From Nitrososphaeraceae archaeon (lineage in GTDB: Archaea; Thermoproteota; Nitrososphaeria; Nitrososphaerales; Nitrososphaeraceae), in the NCBI GenBank assembly GCA_044870765.1, contig JBIOZG010000012.1:1-64000 (forward strand): a DNA stretch of 64,000 nt, written 5' to 3'. Below, one piece after another: positions 38,109 to 48,521 of the stretch (within the stretch, counting starts at the first letter, position 1; each line of letters starts with the position of its first letter). A program made the translations under genes and the position numbers. A model generated the notes under the pieces. That model had not been told where the DNA came from. It saw only the letters and a program-made list of their open reading frames with translations, and made no database searches.

Positions 38109-38384
38109 ATGCTTCCTGAAAGGTGCTCCATATCGGTCAAAGGGCGAGCATGTGCACTCCCCCCTTCTCTAATCGTTTCCATAATATCTGGAGATGAAGA
38201 GTATATGATAGGCTTAGCTTGCAGCGAACATGTTATGCTTATGAAGACTAGAGCCCTTTCAATGCAGAATTCGGGAGAATTAGGTATGGGAAAAATAAAA
38301 TTTCAAAAAATAAAGCCTGTGATGACCGATTGTGTTCTTAATCAAAAAAATATAGACCACAAAGGTAATTGTCTTCAAGAATAG
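38109..38384 (+). CDS. small hypothetical protein, putative Zn-binding
   Basis: C-x8-C ... CSEH pattern; AT-rich promoter-like upstream region. Confidence 0.65.
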   Translation: MLPERCSISVKGRACALPPSLIVSIISGDEEYMIGLACSEHVMLMKTRALSMQNSGELGMGKIKFQKIKPVMTDCVLNQKNIDHKGNCLQE

Positions 38385-38567
38385 TAATCGCGTAATTTTT
38401 TAGAGCAGAATTTAATTAAATAATCATTAAATTTATTTTATGGAACAAGAATTGAATGTAAAAGTACAATAGATGGTTATTCTAATTTTTGTAGTCGAAT
38501 CTTGACATTTATGTTTCTATTTAATAGTTTCACTCCAGTTATATTGTATACCTTCAGTTAATGGACA

Positions 38568-38876
38568 ATGAAAAATAGAAGCAAGTACGGAGTCATAGCA
38601 GCGATATTAAGATCTGCAACGAGAGAAGAGACACGAACTAAGATAATGTACAAGGCAATGCTAAGTAATGATCAATGTAGAAACTATATAGATTCCCTTT
38701 TGAATTTTGGGCTCATAATGGAACATGATAATGGAGCAAAGATGGTCTATAAGGTTACAAATAAAGGAACTACATTTCTAGATTACTACGAACAGATGAT
38801 GCATTTGTTACCAATGTCACTGGAAGAGAACTCTGAGGAAGATCCTTACAATATAAAATTACAAAACATGATTTAA
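38568..38876 (+). CDS. winged-helix transcriptional regulator
   Basis: NRSKY..IAAIL, TKIMYKAMLS, YKVTNKG. Confidence 0.88.
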   Translation: MKNRSKYGVIAAILRSATREETRTKIMYKAMLSNDQCRNYIDSLLNFGLIMEHDNGAKMVYKVTNKGTTFLDYYEQMMHLLPMSLEENSEEDPYNIKLQNMI

Positions 38877-40238
38877 TTGGATCTGTGGAACTGAACTTGC
38901 GATATATGCCCCGAATAGAGCGGTGGATGGAATTGAACATTTTAAGAAAAGAGTTCCACCCTTTAGTATAAATCTTAAATAAATGTCTGACTCAGCATAA
39001 TATTTTTCTAAATTAACATTTGAATTTAGAATTAGGATTGATAGTTCAAACTTCTTTCTAACAAATTCACAAAGCTCTTCAATATCAGAACGTGTTGAAA
39101 TGATATTATCTAAGGATTTTGTTTGAATTAAAGTGATTAATTTTTCATTTTCTGGAAGTCCTGAGATTAATTTGGAGAGATATTTGTAATAATTATCTTT
39201 TTGTTTTATTCCATTTTGAGGATATTTTTCACTCGAGGCGTGTTTTTCTATGGTATATAATTTGCCGTTGTTCTGAATATTTAGTCTGTACTTTTGCGTT
39301 AACTCATTTTTGATAGTAGTGTCTAAAAGTAAGCTGTAATGTCTCCTAAAAAAATTGTTTAACAAATCATTTACAAATAACAGTATTATGTCGTTTGACA
39401 AAATGCTGTCTTTTTCAATTGTTATCAATCCATTTCGTGGTAAAGTACCTCCAATGTGATTGTCGAGATCGTGATATCCTGTCTGCAATATGTGCTTGGG
39501 AGAATTTACCACGTTTGGTATCTTATCTTTCATATTATTACACCTAAATTCTCTAGGGTCATAACTCCCAAAACATCGCAGAAACCTATCTTTTAGAGTA
39601 AAGTAATAGATGGACCTCTTGACTGGAACACCTCTTAATTTTTTAAGAAATAAACTCCTAATTCGAGTTTCATCTATAAATTCGTAGTTTAATTCTACAA
39701 CCCCGTCTACAATAGATTCCAAACTAGATTCCGTTGATTCCTCACTTGTAAAAATCAACTTTGCCTTAGCTCTCTCTCTCCAAGTTTGGAGCACTCTTTC
39801 ATTGTTTAGCCGCGCTTCTCTATCCATTAATGAAGCAACAGAATCCCAGCTGTCAATTATTATTACAGGATTCTTTACGTCCATTAACTGGTTGGTTACC
39901 CTTTCAAATAGCGATTCAGGTTCATCCAGACGAGCATCCTCAAATGATGAAATATTCTGTCCAATTTCCTCCTTGTCAATATCCTTGTTCGATTGTTTGG
40001 TGAATTTTCGCAACCATGGATAGTGTTCAAATAATTGTTTTGGGGACGACCGAGTAGAAATATAGAAAAAATTGTTCCTTGCCTTCAACGAACAGAGAAT
40101 ACTTAGAGAAAGAGTTGTTTTGCCTGTCCCCGATCTGCCCTTAATAAGTAAGGAATAGGTATCGTTTCTCACAAATTCTCGAAGTTCATGGGGGATGTCT
40201 AAAAAACTATAATTGGTTCTATTAACTATACTAACCAT
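38859..40238 (-). CDS. RAD55/KaiC-superfamily ATPase (GvpD-like)
   Basis: GRSGTGKT, IIDSWD, IVDGVV, KKLRG; degenerate second domain starting TGYHDLD. Confidence 0.82.
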   Translation of the reverse strand: MVSIVNRTNYSFLDIPHELREFVRNDTYSLLIKGRSGTGKTTLSLSILCSLKARNNFFYISTRSSPKQLFEHYPWLRKFTKQSNKDIDKEEIGQNISSFEDARLDEPESLFERVTNQLMDVKNPVIIIDSWDSVASLMDREARLNNERVLQTWRERAKAKLIFTSEESTESSLESIVDGVVELNYEFIDETRIRSLFLKKLRGVPVKRSIYYFTLKDRFLRCFGSYDPREFRCNNMKDKIPNVVNSPKHILQTGYHDLDNHIGGTLPRNGLITIEKDSILSNDIILLFVNDLLNNFFRRHYSLLLDTTIKNELTQKYRLNIQNNGKLYTIEKHASSEKYPQNGIKQKDNYYKYLSKLISGLPENEKLITLIQTKSLDNIISTRSDIEELCEFVRKKFELSILILNSNVNLEKYYAESDIYLRFILKGGTLFLKCSIPSTALFGAYIASSVPQIQLNHVL

Positions 40239-40542
40239 AGCTGTTCTTCATCGATTTGACATTACTGACACTTATAGATATTTAATAAATCGCCTAGATT
40301 GTTATTCTTAATTCTTACAAAATCATCACAAATACCCATATATAACAAGAATACTGCTTTCAAAAGTAACCACAATCCGTAGAACTTTAAAAATGCTTCA
40401 AGTATTCTCATATTTTTTTCGTATACCTTCTTTTGGGTATTTTTTGTGACTATCGTGTCGACGCGTATACCAAAATAATGCTAAATTAAGTCATACTTGA
40501 GTCTTCAATACTTTAAAATACAGTATACTATTGATTTTGACC

Positions 40543-42030
40543 ATGGTTATTATTGAGCCTGAAAATAATTTTTCATCTTTGAAAACACAACTTTTGGTAA
40601 ATTATGTCTTCACCAATGATGTTTCATCGCTATCACTCTCAAAAGTTACGCCAGATTTTGATCCTATTATTGGAGAAATTATTGAGTCTAAAGAATTCAC
40701 TGCTAAAGATGGAACAATGTGCATTATTCATAACAAGGTAGGATCGGATATCAAGCGTGTTTTACTATTAGGAATGGGAAACAGAGAGAATTTGGATACT
40801 GAAAAAACTAGAAATTTGACCGGAAAAGTGGTCAATAAAGCAAAAGAATTGGCGATAAGCGAGTTTGTGTTAGCTACATTTGATGAAATGGATGAAGATC
40901 ATCTGTCAGCTATTGTGGAAGGAATCAAATTATCGGACTATTCATTTAGTAACTACAAGAAAGATGAAGACAAATTTGAGCTAAATCAAGTTAGGATCTT
41001 GACTAGAGTGGACTTGGCCAGCAATCAGAAAGTTATTCAACGTTCGTCGATTATATCTGACGCGGTAATCCTCACCCGCGATATTAGCAATTTACCCCCC
41101 AATGATTGCTCGCCAAAAGACTTGGCAAATTTCGCAGGTAAATTGTCGACAAACAAAAAGACAAAGGTGAGAGTCATCGACGAACAAGAATTAGAAGCAA
41201 ATGGATTTGGTGGTATTATGGCCGTAGGTAAAGGAAGTACCAATTCTCCCAAACTAATAGTAATAGAATACTCTGGTTCACCACAAGACGAAAAGCCTGT
41301 AGTGATTGTAGGAAAAGCTGTAACATTTGATACTGGAGGTATTTCGATTAAACCACCTGATAAAATGGAAGAAATGAAATTTGACAAATGTGGCGGTTGC
41401 AATGTTATAGGGATTATGAAAGCTGTGTCGGATCTAGACCTCGATAAGAATGTAATAGGGTTAATACCTGCTGTTGAGAACATGCCATCTGGAAGCTCCT
41501 ATAGACCAGGCGACATAATCAAGATGTATAACACAAAAACGGTAGAAGTGTTAAACACCGATGCAGAGGGAAGAATAATCCTAGGAGATGCTCTCGCATT
41601 TGCAGTAAAAACCTTCTCACCAAGAGTCATAATCGATATGGCGACGTTGACGGGAGCTGCCATTATTGCTCTTGGTTCAAACGTTGCTGCACTTGTCGGT
41701 AATAACGAAGAACTGGTAACGAAAATCCTTGAATACTCAAACAAGACTGGTGAAAAAATTTGGGAACTGCCACTTTTTGAAGACCACAAAGAACAACTAA
41801 AGAGCTCAAATGCAGACATAAAGAATATCGGAGGTCGATCTGCAGGAGCCATCACTGCTGCAGCATTCTTGTCCCACTTTGTTGATGACACTCCTTGGGC
41901 GCACTTGGACATTGCTGGCACTGCTTGGAATCAAGAGGGCACTAGGGAAAAAACATATAATCCTAAAGGAGCTACTGGTTTTGGGATCAGAACTATTGTA
42001 AAATACATTGCGAGCTACAAGGTGCATTAA
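40543..42030 (+). CDS. pepA: leucyl aminopeptidase (M17)
   Basis: GKAVTFDTGG, MKFDK, NTDAEGR, WAHLDIAG. Confidence 0.96.
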   Translation: MVIIEPENNFSSLKTQLLVNYVFTNDVSSLSLSKVTPDFDPIIGEIIESKEFTAKDGTMCIIHNKVGSDIKRVLLLGMGNRENLDTEKTRNLTGKVVNKAKELAISEFVLATFDEMDEDHLSAIVEGIKLSDYSFSNYKKDEDKFELNQVRILTRVDLASNQKVIQRSSIISDAVILTRDISNLPPNDCSPKDLANFAGKLSTNKKTKVRVIDEQELEANGFGGIMAVGKGSTNSPKLIVIEYSGSPQDEKPVVIVGKAVTFDTGGISIKPPDKMEEMKFDKCGGCNVIGIMKAVSDLDLDKNVIGLIPAVENMPSGSSYRPGDIIKMYNTKTVEVLNTDAEGRIILGDALAFAVKTFSPRVIIDMATLTGAAIIALGSNVAALVGNNEELVTKILEYSNKTGEKIWELPLFEDHKEQLKSSNADIKNIGGRSAGAITAAAFLSHFVDDTPWAHLDIAGTAWNQEGTREKTYNPKGATGFGIRTIVKYIASYKVH

Positions 42031-42050
42031 ATATCTACTGATATGCAGCC

Positions 42051-42650
42051 GTGTACCTAACAATGTTGGTTTATTTGCCAATTCTTCAAATTAAAGAAAT
42101 AATTGATTTGTTAGGTCTAGACGAGATAAAGTGCAGAATAGGAAAATTCGATTCTGATATACCTGCATTGTTCAAACCGTACTACGAAAAATGGTTAGCA
42201 AATAGAGATGGTTTTATTCTAATGCTTTCTGGAGGTATTGATTATATTGGTTCTGAAGACGTTGTAAGAATGGGCCCTTTCCACAATATCTATTGTCTTG
42301 TACAAAATCAGTATCTAGTTGAAAATGACCTTAACCACCAAAATTTATTGAATTGTAAACTCTGGTACAGTTTAGCTGATGGGATAGTAAAGCAGGCAGG
42401 GTGGAGTGGAAGCATTTTGGCTGAAAGATTGACAAAAGATGAGCGTATCAGCAAATTCTTATTTCAAAACTTAAAGTCTGATGTTACAAGAACTATTTCA
42501 GTTCGTGTCGTCAACCTTGCCTGTCTAATAGAATGTAGAATATGGCACCCTAGAGAATTTGTCTTACTTTACGAAATTTTAGATCGCATTGCCCTGAATA
42601 TACAAGATTTGCTTGGGGACGTGCATGTAGGAGAAAAAATCAACCGATGA
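42051..42650 (+). CDS. hypothetical protein
   Basis: 199-aa ORF following pepA; no motif recognised; start uncertain. Confidence 0.55.
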   Translation: MYLTMLVYLPILQIKEIIDLLGLDEIKCRIGKFDSDIPALFKPYYEKWLANRDGFILMLSGGIDYIGSEDVVRMGPFHNIYCLVQNQYLVENDLNHQNLLNCKLWYSLADGIVKQAGWSGSILAERLTKDERISKFLFQNLKSDVTRTISVRVVNLACLIECRIWHPREFVLLYEILDRIALNIQDLLGDVHVGEKINR

Positions 42651-42685
42651 TTTACATTTAATATTAAATCCTAAACAATGTTTTA

Positions 42686-42805
42686 AAATGCCAGCACTGC
42701 TGCTTCCCAACCACTCACGTAGATCAGTAACACAGCAGCGATAACAGGTTTGACTTCCGGGTTCGGAATGGGACCGGGTCGCACCCTGCTACTATGGCCG
42801 GCTTA
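42686..42805 (-). rRNA. rrf: 5S rRNA (unlinked)
   Basis: Reverse strand GCCGGCCATAG...CCCGGTCCCATTCCGAACCCGGAAGTCAA...GCTGGC; ends approximate. Confidence 0.95.
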
Positions 42806-42969
42806 ACAATGCTAAACATGAGGAGCTAATTTAATGTTGCCTTGCTCATGCTTGCGACTATTGGCTTTCTTGGTTTACATATGGGGTAATTGCTATTTTA
42901 TCGAGTTACGGGGTTTAATTCGATAGATGTACCATAACGTATAATTTCTCTGAAATAGTTGAGCCTTAT

Positions 42970-43524
42970 ATGCGCCGGACTGTCAATCATAAGGAATTGT
43001 TCCAGTGCGTGAACCGTTGTGCAGTAATTGCGATTGCCTTGTTTTTCATGTATGTTTTTTTGAATACGATACCTCAACTTGTTCCGACCACAATTGTACG
43101 TAACATCGTATTTGCCGGAGGCAGTAAAGGACACTTCAATGAGGATGATTTCAAAATAATAAAGTTCGGGATTGGGACTGACGGCAATCCGTTTTTGACT
43201 GTGGAAGGAAAGGCAGGCGGATCTACACCGCAGAAAGAAGATACTGGGCTTGCCTATGTATTTGTAACAAATAATGGAACTTATGCAGCTACATCAGACT
43301 GGATGTATACAAAGTGGCATGCTCACGAGTTAACACTAGATGAGAAGAACTGCGTGAAATCCATGAACATGAACTCAGGGGTAGGTGTTGAAATGGGAGA
43401 CAACGTAAAAATCACCAACGCAAATGCAACAAAGCTCAAAAATGTCATGACTGTCGAGTTTGGGCTTGATAATAAAGACGGATCGATATGCGCTAATCAA
43501 ATATTCGATATGGCCCCAAAATAA
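42970..43524 (+). CDS. secreted or membrane-anchored hypothetical protein
   Basis: N-terminal hydrophobic helix, then a beta-rich domain with WHAH and two Cys. Confidence 0.7.
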   Translation: MRRTVNHKELFQCVNRCAVIAIALFFMYVFLNTIPQLVPTTIVRNIVFAGGSKGHFNEDDFKIIKFGIGTDGNPFLTVEGKAGGSTPQKEDTGLAYVFVTNNGTYAATSDWMYTKWHAHELTLDEKNCVKSMNMNSGVGVEMGDNVKITNANATKLKNVMTVEFGLDNKDGSICANQIFDMAPK

Positions 43525-43921
43525 AATAATTATTACAACATTGTTGTGAATCAAATCCGATTATTGCACGGGGGCTCTAACCTAATTCACAACTCAAGTT
43601 GTTGTCTTAGTTTTTCATACTTTGAAACGCATTAATACAAAAGTAAGTCGACAATGCAGCGACTGCGATAGATAACGAAATTACCTTGGAGTTAGACCAA
43701 AAGATTCGCTTACATTGCTCCTTAATTCCGGTGTGTTCAATTCATGTTCTGTATGCGCACCAGTAGTTGCTGCCTTGTTTATCGTAAAACCAACTCGATA
43801 ATTTAGATCATATAGATTGAATCTTTTTATTGTTACCTTTGCGTTCCAAAAACTATATTCTGTATCTAATGCACCTTAACAATTATAATACATTCTTTTA
43901 TAATCACTAGTACAGTTACAT

Positions 43922-45718
43922 ATGAAGTCTAGTTCTACTCACAGGGTAGCCGTTTTGGACGAAGAACTCTGTCAACCAAAGAAATGTGGATTGGAATGTA
44001 TCATTTACTGTCCAGTTAACAAGACAGGTGGAGAGTGTATAGTACAGAGGCCCGAAGATGGGAAGGCGGTTATTTCTGAAGAATTATGCACGGGATGCGG
44101 GATTTGTATAAAAAAGTGCCCTTTTGATGCCATAGTAATCGTTAATCTAGCTAAGGAGATTGGAGACCACAAGATACATCAATATGGTATCAATTCTTTC
44201 AGACTTTACCACATTCCTTTACTTAAAAAAGGTTCAGTAGTGGGACTATTAGGACGAAATGGAATTGGTAAATCAACACTTTTGAATATATTGTCAGGAA
44301 ATATCAAACCGAATTTTGGAAATTATGATTCTGAGATACATTGGGATGATATTATAAAGAATTTTCAGGGTACTGAGTTAAAGCCTCATTTTGAAAAAAT
44401 TTCTTTAGGTAACTTACGAACCTCTATCAAGCCTCAAATGGTTCAACTAATTCCCAAGGCTTTTAAAGGAACTGCTGGAGAACTTTTGACAAAGTATGAT
44501 GAAAGGGGCATGATCGATACTTTAATAGATCAATTGTCTCTTACCAACTCTTTAGACCGTTCACTCTCTGAACTGAGTGGCGGAGAATTGCAACGATTAG
44601 CAGTTGCAGTAGCGGTCAACAAGGATGCTGATTATTATTTCTTTGACGAACCGTCTTCCTATAACGACATTTATCAACGTCTGGCTGTTGCAAGAACCAT
44701 CAAACAACTTGCTAGCGATGGCAAAAGTGTGATGGTCGTTGAACATGATTTAACACTACTTGACTACCTGTCAGACTATATTCATATCTTGTATGGTGAA
44801 CCAGGAGCATATGGCATAGTTGCACCCATACAGGGAACAAGAGTAGGCATAAACGCCTTTTTGGATGGTTTTATACCTACAGAAAATATCAGATTTCGAG
44901 AAAAATCATTCAAATTTGAGAGTTCGAGCATAAATGAAGAATTGATTGTTGATAGACCGATGACAAAGTTTTCCCAATTGACTAAATCATTTTCTTCCTT
45001 TGAACTAAATGTTTCTCCTGGAGAGATAAGAGAGGGCGAGATAGTCGGGCTGGTAGGAGCAAATGCATTGGGAAAAACTACATTTATGAAAATGATCGCT
45101 GGTATGGAGAAAGCAGATAGTGGCCAAATAGATATTCATGCCAGTTTATCGTACAAACCACAATACTTGCAAAACGAATATGATGGTAATATTCAATCTC
45201 TTTTGAATGTTGCTCATCAAGGACCAATAGAAGGTTCTACGATGGAACAGCAAATTATAGTACCAATGGGTATCAAGAAACTTTATGAGAAGAGAGTAGA
45301 TACATTGAGTGGCGGTGAGCTACAGAAGGTCGCGGTTTGTTGTTCGCTTATTAGACCTGCTGATATTTATGCACTGGATGAACCATCCGCATTTTTGGAT
45401 GTAGAGGATAGAATCAACATTGCTAAATTTTTGCACCGATTTGTAAAATCACAGGGAAAGTCGGCGATAATTGTAGATCATGATATGCAACTGATTGATT
45501 TGGTCTCCGATTCACTAATGATTTTTTCAGGAACACCAGGTGAGAAAGGATTTGCGGGCTCCCCTATCAAGAAGGATCTTGGAATGAACAAGTTCCTTGA
45601 GAACTTGTCAATAACCTACAGACGAGATGAAAATACCGGACGTCCAAGAATCAATAAACTTGGCGGAAGATTAGACAGGGCTCAAAAAAATTCCGGAGAT
45701 TATTACCAGAGGACTTGA
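43922..45718 (+). CDS. rli: ABCE1/Rli1 ribosome recycling ATPase
   Basis: Two Fe-S motifs (CQPKKC..C...CP; CTGCGIC...CP), two ABC domains, GRPRINK. Confidence 0.97.
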   Translation: MKSSSTHRVAVLDEELCQPKKCGLECIIYCPVNKTGGECIVQRPEDGKAVISEELCTGCGICIKKCPFDAIVIVNLAKEIGDHKIHQYGINSFRLYHIPLLKKGSVVGLLGRNGIGKSTLLNILSGNIKPNFGNYDSEIHWDDIIKNFQGTELKPHFEKISLGNLRTSIKPQMVQLIPKAFKGTAGELLTKYDERGMIDTLIDQLSLTNSLDRSLSELSGGELQRLAVAVAVNKDADYYFFDEPSSYNDIYQRLAVARTIKQLASDGKSVMVVEHDLTLLDYLSDYIHILYGEPGAYGIVAPIQGTRVGINAFLDGFIPTENIRFREKSFKFESSSINEELIVDRPMTKFSQLTKSFSSFELNVSPGEIREGEIVGLVGANALGKTTFMKMIAGMEKADSGQIDIHASLSYKPQYLQNEYDGNIQSLLNVAHQGPIEGSTMEQQIIVPMGIKKLYEKRVDTLSGGELQKVAVCCSLIRPADIYALDEPSAFLDVEDRINIAKFLHRFVKSQGKSAIIVDHDMQLIDLVSDSLMIFSGTPGEKGFAGSPIKKDLGMNKFLENLSITYRRDENTGRPRINKLGGRLDRAQKNSGDYYQRT

Positions 45719-45733
45719 TCAACAAGCAAAAAC

Positions 45734-46576
45734 ATGACAAGAATGCTAAAACAGGTTTTGCAAGAAAAACTTGATGTTACCGAGATTGATAACCTGTCTT
45801 CCTCCTTTGACATAATCGGCAGTATCGCCATTATTAAAATTCCAGAAAAATTGTCATCAAAGAAAACACTTATTGCAGACACATTAATCGAAGAAATCAA
45901 ATCAGTAAAAACTGTATTCTCTCAAGTATCAGCAATTGAGGGAGATTACAGATTGCGTAAGTTGGAATTTTTATCAGGAGAAAATACTCCAATTACCATC
46001 TACAAGGAACATGGATGTACGTTTAAAGTGGATGTTATCAATACATACTTCTCTCCGAGGCTTTCAACCGAACGACTCAGGATATCAAATTTGGTAAACC
46101 CTGATGAAGTCATCGTAAATATGTTTGGAGGCGTAGGAACATTCTCCATTGTAATAGCACGTAATAACAGGTCGTTGAAAATCTATTCTATAGATTCAAA
46201 TCCAATTGCTTATAATTTATGTAAAGAGAATACAGAGATAAACAAATTATCGAATAATGTTATTCCAATTCTCGGTGACGCTAAGGAGATAATACCCAAA
46301 AAGCTTAGAGGAATCGCCACCAGAGTTCTTATGCCATTACCTGAGAAAGCAAAAGAGTTCGTTGACTCTGCAGTAAGTTCACTTGTAAATAGTAATGGCA
46401 TTGTACATTATTTTGCTCATGTAGGAGCAGAGAATAAGAAGAATGCTATCCAAAGCGCATTATTAGACACAACAGCATCGTTCGGTGATTTCAACCACAT
46501 TATTAGAAATATCAGAGTTGTGAGAGAAGTAGGTCCGCGATTTTATCAAATCGTTTCTGACGTAGAAGTAATCTAA
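45734..46576 (+). CDS. Trm5/Taw2-family SAM-dependent tRNA methyltransferase
   Basis: FDIIG, YKEHGC, YFSPRLSTER, NMFGGVG, MPLP. Confidence 0.9.
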   Translation: MTRMLKQVLQEKLDVTEIDNLSSSFDIIGSIAIIKIPEKLSSKKTLIADTLIEEIKSVKTVFSQVSAIEGDYRLRKLEFLSGENTPITIYKEHGCTFKVDVINTYFSPRLSTERLRISNLVNPDEVIVNMFGGVGTFSIVIARNNRSLKIYSIDSNPIAYNLCKENTEINKLSNNVIPILGDAKEIIPKKLRGIATRVLMPLPEKAKEFVDSAVSSLVNSNGIVHYFAHVGAENKKNAIQSALLDTTASFGDFNHIIRNIRVVREVGPRFYQIVSDVEVI

Positions 46577-46584
46577 TCTGCTAG

Positions 46585-46809
46585 TCATTTATCCCGTGGA
46601 GCGGTAGCCATTGTATAGCCCATCCATACAAGTACTGTCATGATAATCCCGACGATGATTATCAAAGTTAATTTTATTACAAATATGTCCCAATGTGTAA
46701 ATAACATCAAATATGAAAATACAATGAAAAAAAGTGATGGAACGACAAGTAATATTAATCCAATAATCTTATTTTCTCTCCTACCTGTTGGGGCGTTTGC
46801 TTCACTCAT
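46585..46809 (-). CDS. small two-TM membrane protein
   Basis: Two hydrophobic helices ending WMGYTMATAP; overlaps the acetyltransferase stop. Confidence 0.75.
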   Translation of the reverse strand: MSEANAPTGRRENKIIGLILLVVPSLFFIVFSYLMLFTHWDIFVIKLTLIIIVGIIMTVLVWMGYTMATAPRDK

Positions 46810-47303
46810 GGTAATTCCAATGCCATCAAGTACGCATCCTCGCCGTCTCTATAATACGATTTCAGCTTTGACCTCACCTTGAAATTTAGTTTCTCATACA
46901 TTTTTATTGCTGCCGAATTGCTAACCCTCACTTCTAGGTAGACTTCTTCAGTTCTCCTTGAAACAAGACCATTTACTGCTTCTTCCATAAGTATAGTCCC
47001 TACTTTCCTACCTCGATGTTCTTCCAATATTGCGATGGAAACAACATGTCCCTTTTTTACGAAGCCTAATTTTCTGAAGTTTGAAAATCCAAATTCTATC
47101 TTGCACATTACATAACCAACTATCTTTCCATCATGTTCAGCAAGAATAAATGATTCTGGCAACTCTTTGAGAATTGACTCGAAAAAATACTCAGTGTAGT
47201 GTTCAGGAAGTGAATTTAAATTAATTTCAATAACAGAATGTAAGTTGTCTTGACCACACCTATAAAAGACATAGTCTCCATTTTTTCGTAGGCAGCTCTG
47301 CAA
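46806..47303 (-). CDS. rimI: N-terminal acetyltransferase (Ard1/RimI, GNAT)
   Basis: LPEHY, GHVVSIA, YLEVRVSN, YYRDGEDA. Confidence 0.92.
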   Translation of the reverse strand: MQSCLRKNGDYVFYRCGQDNLHSVIEINLNSLPEHYTEYFFESILKELPESFILAEHDGKIVGYVMCKIEFGFSNFRKLGFVKKGHVVSIAILEEHRGRKVGTILMEEAVNGLVSRRTEEVYLEVRVSNSAAIKMYEKLNFKVRSKLKSYYRDGEDAYLMALELP

Positions 47304-47361
47304 ATTATCAAATTAATGATAATTAATTATTTTAACTTTGGCTTTTCAAACCTCACTTGAC

Positions 47362-48477
47362 TCAACTTGTAACATTGTTTTTGAATATAGCAACGTTTGG
47401 ATCAAGAGCTATTGAAATCTTATGACTCTTACCATTAATTTCAAGTATTTTATCTGCTGCCTCCTGAATATTAGAAAATATTTTAAAGCCAAACGTTTCT
47501 TTCAGATAATACTTGGGTAAGGAAGAAAGAATTGAGATCGTGAATTTTTCCTTCAACTCTTTGATATACAGGATATGTTCGAGGCCGTCGATGTAGTTGG
47601 AATTTTTGTAATCATCTAATTTTATTTGTCCATATGCGAATTTTTCTATTGCAGAGCTTCCAAAACCTTTGTTATTTTCTGAAACAATAACTACAATGGA
47701 ATTTTTTCTTAGAATACGAATCGAGTTCCATAGCAATTCCAATGAACTTGATAAGGTCGAACTTGAATTGGTATCAATATTTGTACCGATTATCAGAGAT
47801 TTTTGTTCATGTTCATTTTCAAGTGACAACTCATTTAGTTTTTCAATTCCTCTGTGGAAAGAATGAGCTAATTCACCATAGAAAAAATTGTTAATGCCGG
47901 AATTATTTGACACTATCTCAATGGACATAGCACGCATATCTTCACAGAACTTTTCTGCAATTTCGATCGGCGGTCCTTTATCACCCGGGTGAGGAAGATC
48001 GTCCATTCTTACACTGAAGGCTTCATTCATTTTGACCCCCCCGAATTCTCGGAGGAGTTTGGTAGGAGTACCGGAATAACCAAAAAAGGGATCAATGTTT
48101 GTTTTTGAAATAAAAATAGTGTCCTTATTATTTGTGCGTTCCAGGAAATGATCGCTTTTTTTTTCAAACAAGGCAATATTTTGATTCTGTATTTTACTTG
48201 ATAACTGCTTACGTGCTTTTAGGATTGATTCAATAGACAACTTAATTCCTTTAGTTTCGGCAAAGGAAACCAATCTGGAAGTGAGTTGAATCGTAGAATT
48301 TGAGGCATCTAGAGGAATGAGTATTGTGTTATCATTCATGTCAATAGATTCGATTTTTTGATCTAGGCTTTCAAGTGCCAGTGTATCAAATTTTGAATTT
48401 TCAATAAGTGAAAGATTCTCTACCTTAAGGTCTACTATGATGTCGGTGCTACCGTAATTTAGCCATAATTCAGGCAT
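47362..48477 (-). CDS. hypothetical protein, degenerate LarA/DUF2088-like
   Basis: N-terminal LWLNYG, PFFGYSG, E..KGFG and SSLP segments resemble the LarA-family layout. Confidence 0.5.
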   Translation of the reverse strand: MPELWLNYGSTDIIVDLKVENLSLIENSKFDTLALESLDQKIESIDMNDNTILIPLDASNSTIQLTSRLVSFAETKGIKLSIESILKARKQLSSKIQNQNIALFEKKSDHFLERTNNKDTIFISKTNIDPFFGYSGTPTKLLREFGGVKMNEAFSVRMDDLPHPGDKGPPIEIAEKFCEDMRAMSIEIVSNNSGINNFFYGELAHSFHRGIEKLNELSLENEHEQKSLIIGTNIDTNSSSTLSSSLELLWNSIRILRKNSIVVIVSENNKGFGSSAIEKFAYGQIKLDDYKNSNYIDGLEHILYIKELKEKFTISILSSLPKYYLKETFGFKIFSNIQEAADKILEINGKSHKISIALDPNVAIFKNNVTS

Positions 48478-48521
48478 GTTCGAATCGAAGTATAGGAGAA
48501 TTCAATTGATGAAAAGATAGG

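Noticed and set aside
42686-42805. 5S rRNA lacking adjacent 16S/23S as an anomaly
   Set aside because: An unlinked 5S is the normal arrangement in Thaumarchaeota and Crenarchaeota.
43681-43875. 64-codon stop-free minus-strand frame as a pseudogene
   Set aside because: No ATG start and no recognisable family; cannot be supported without a search.
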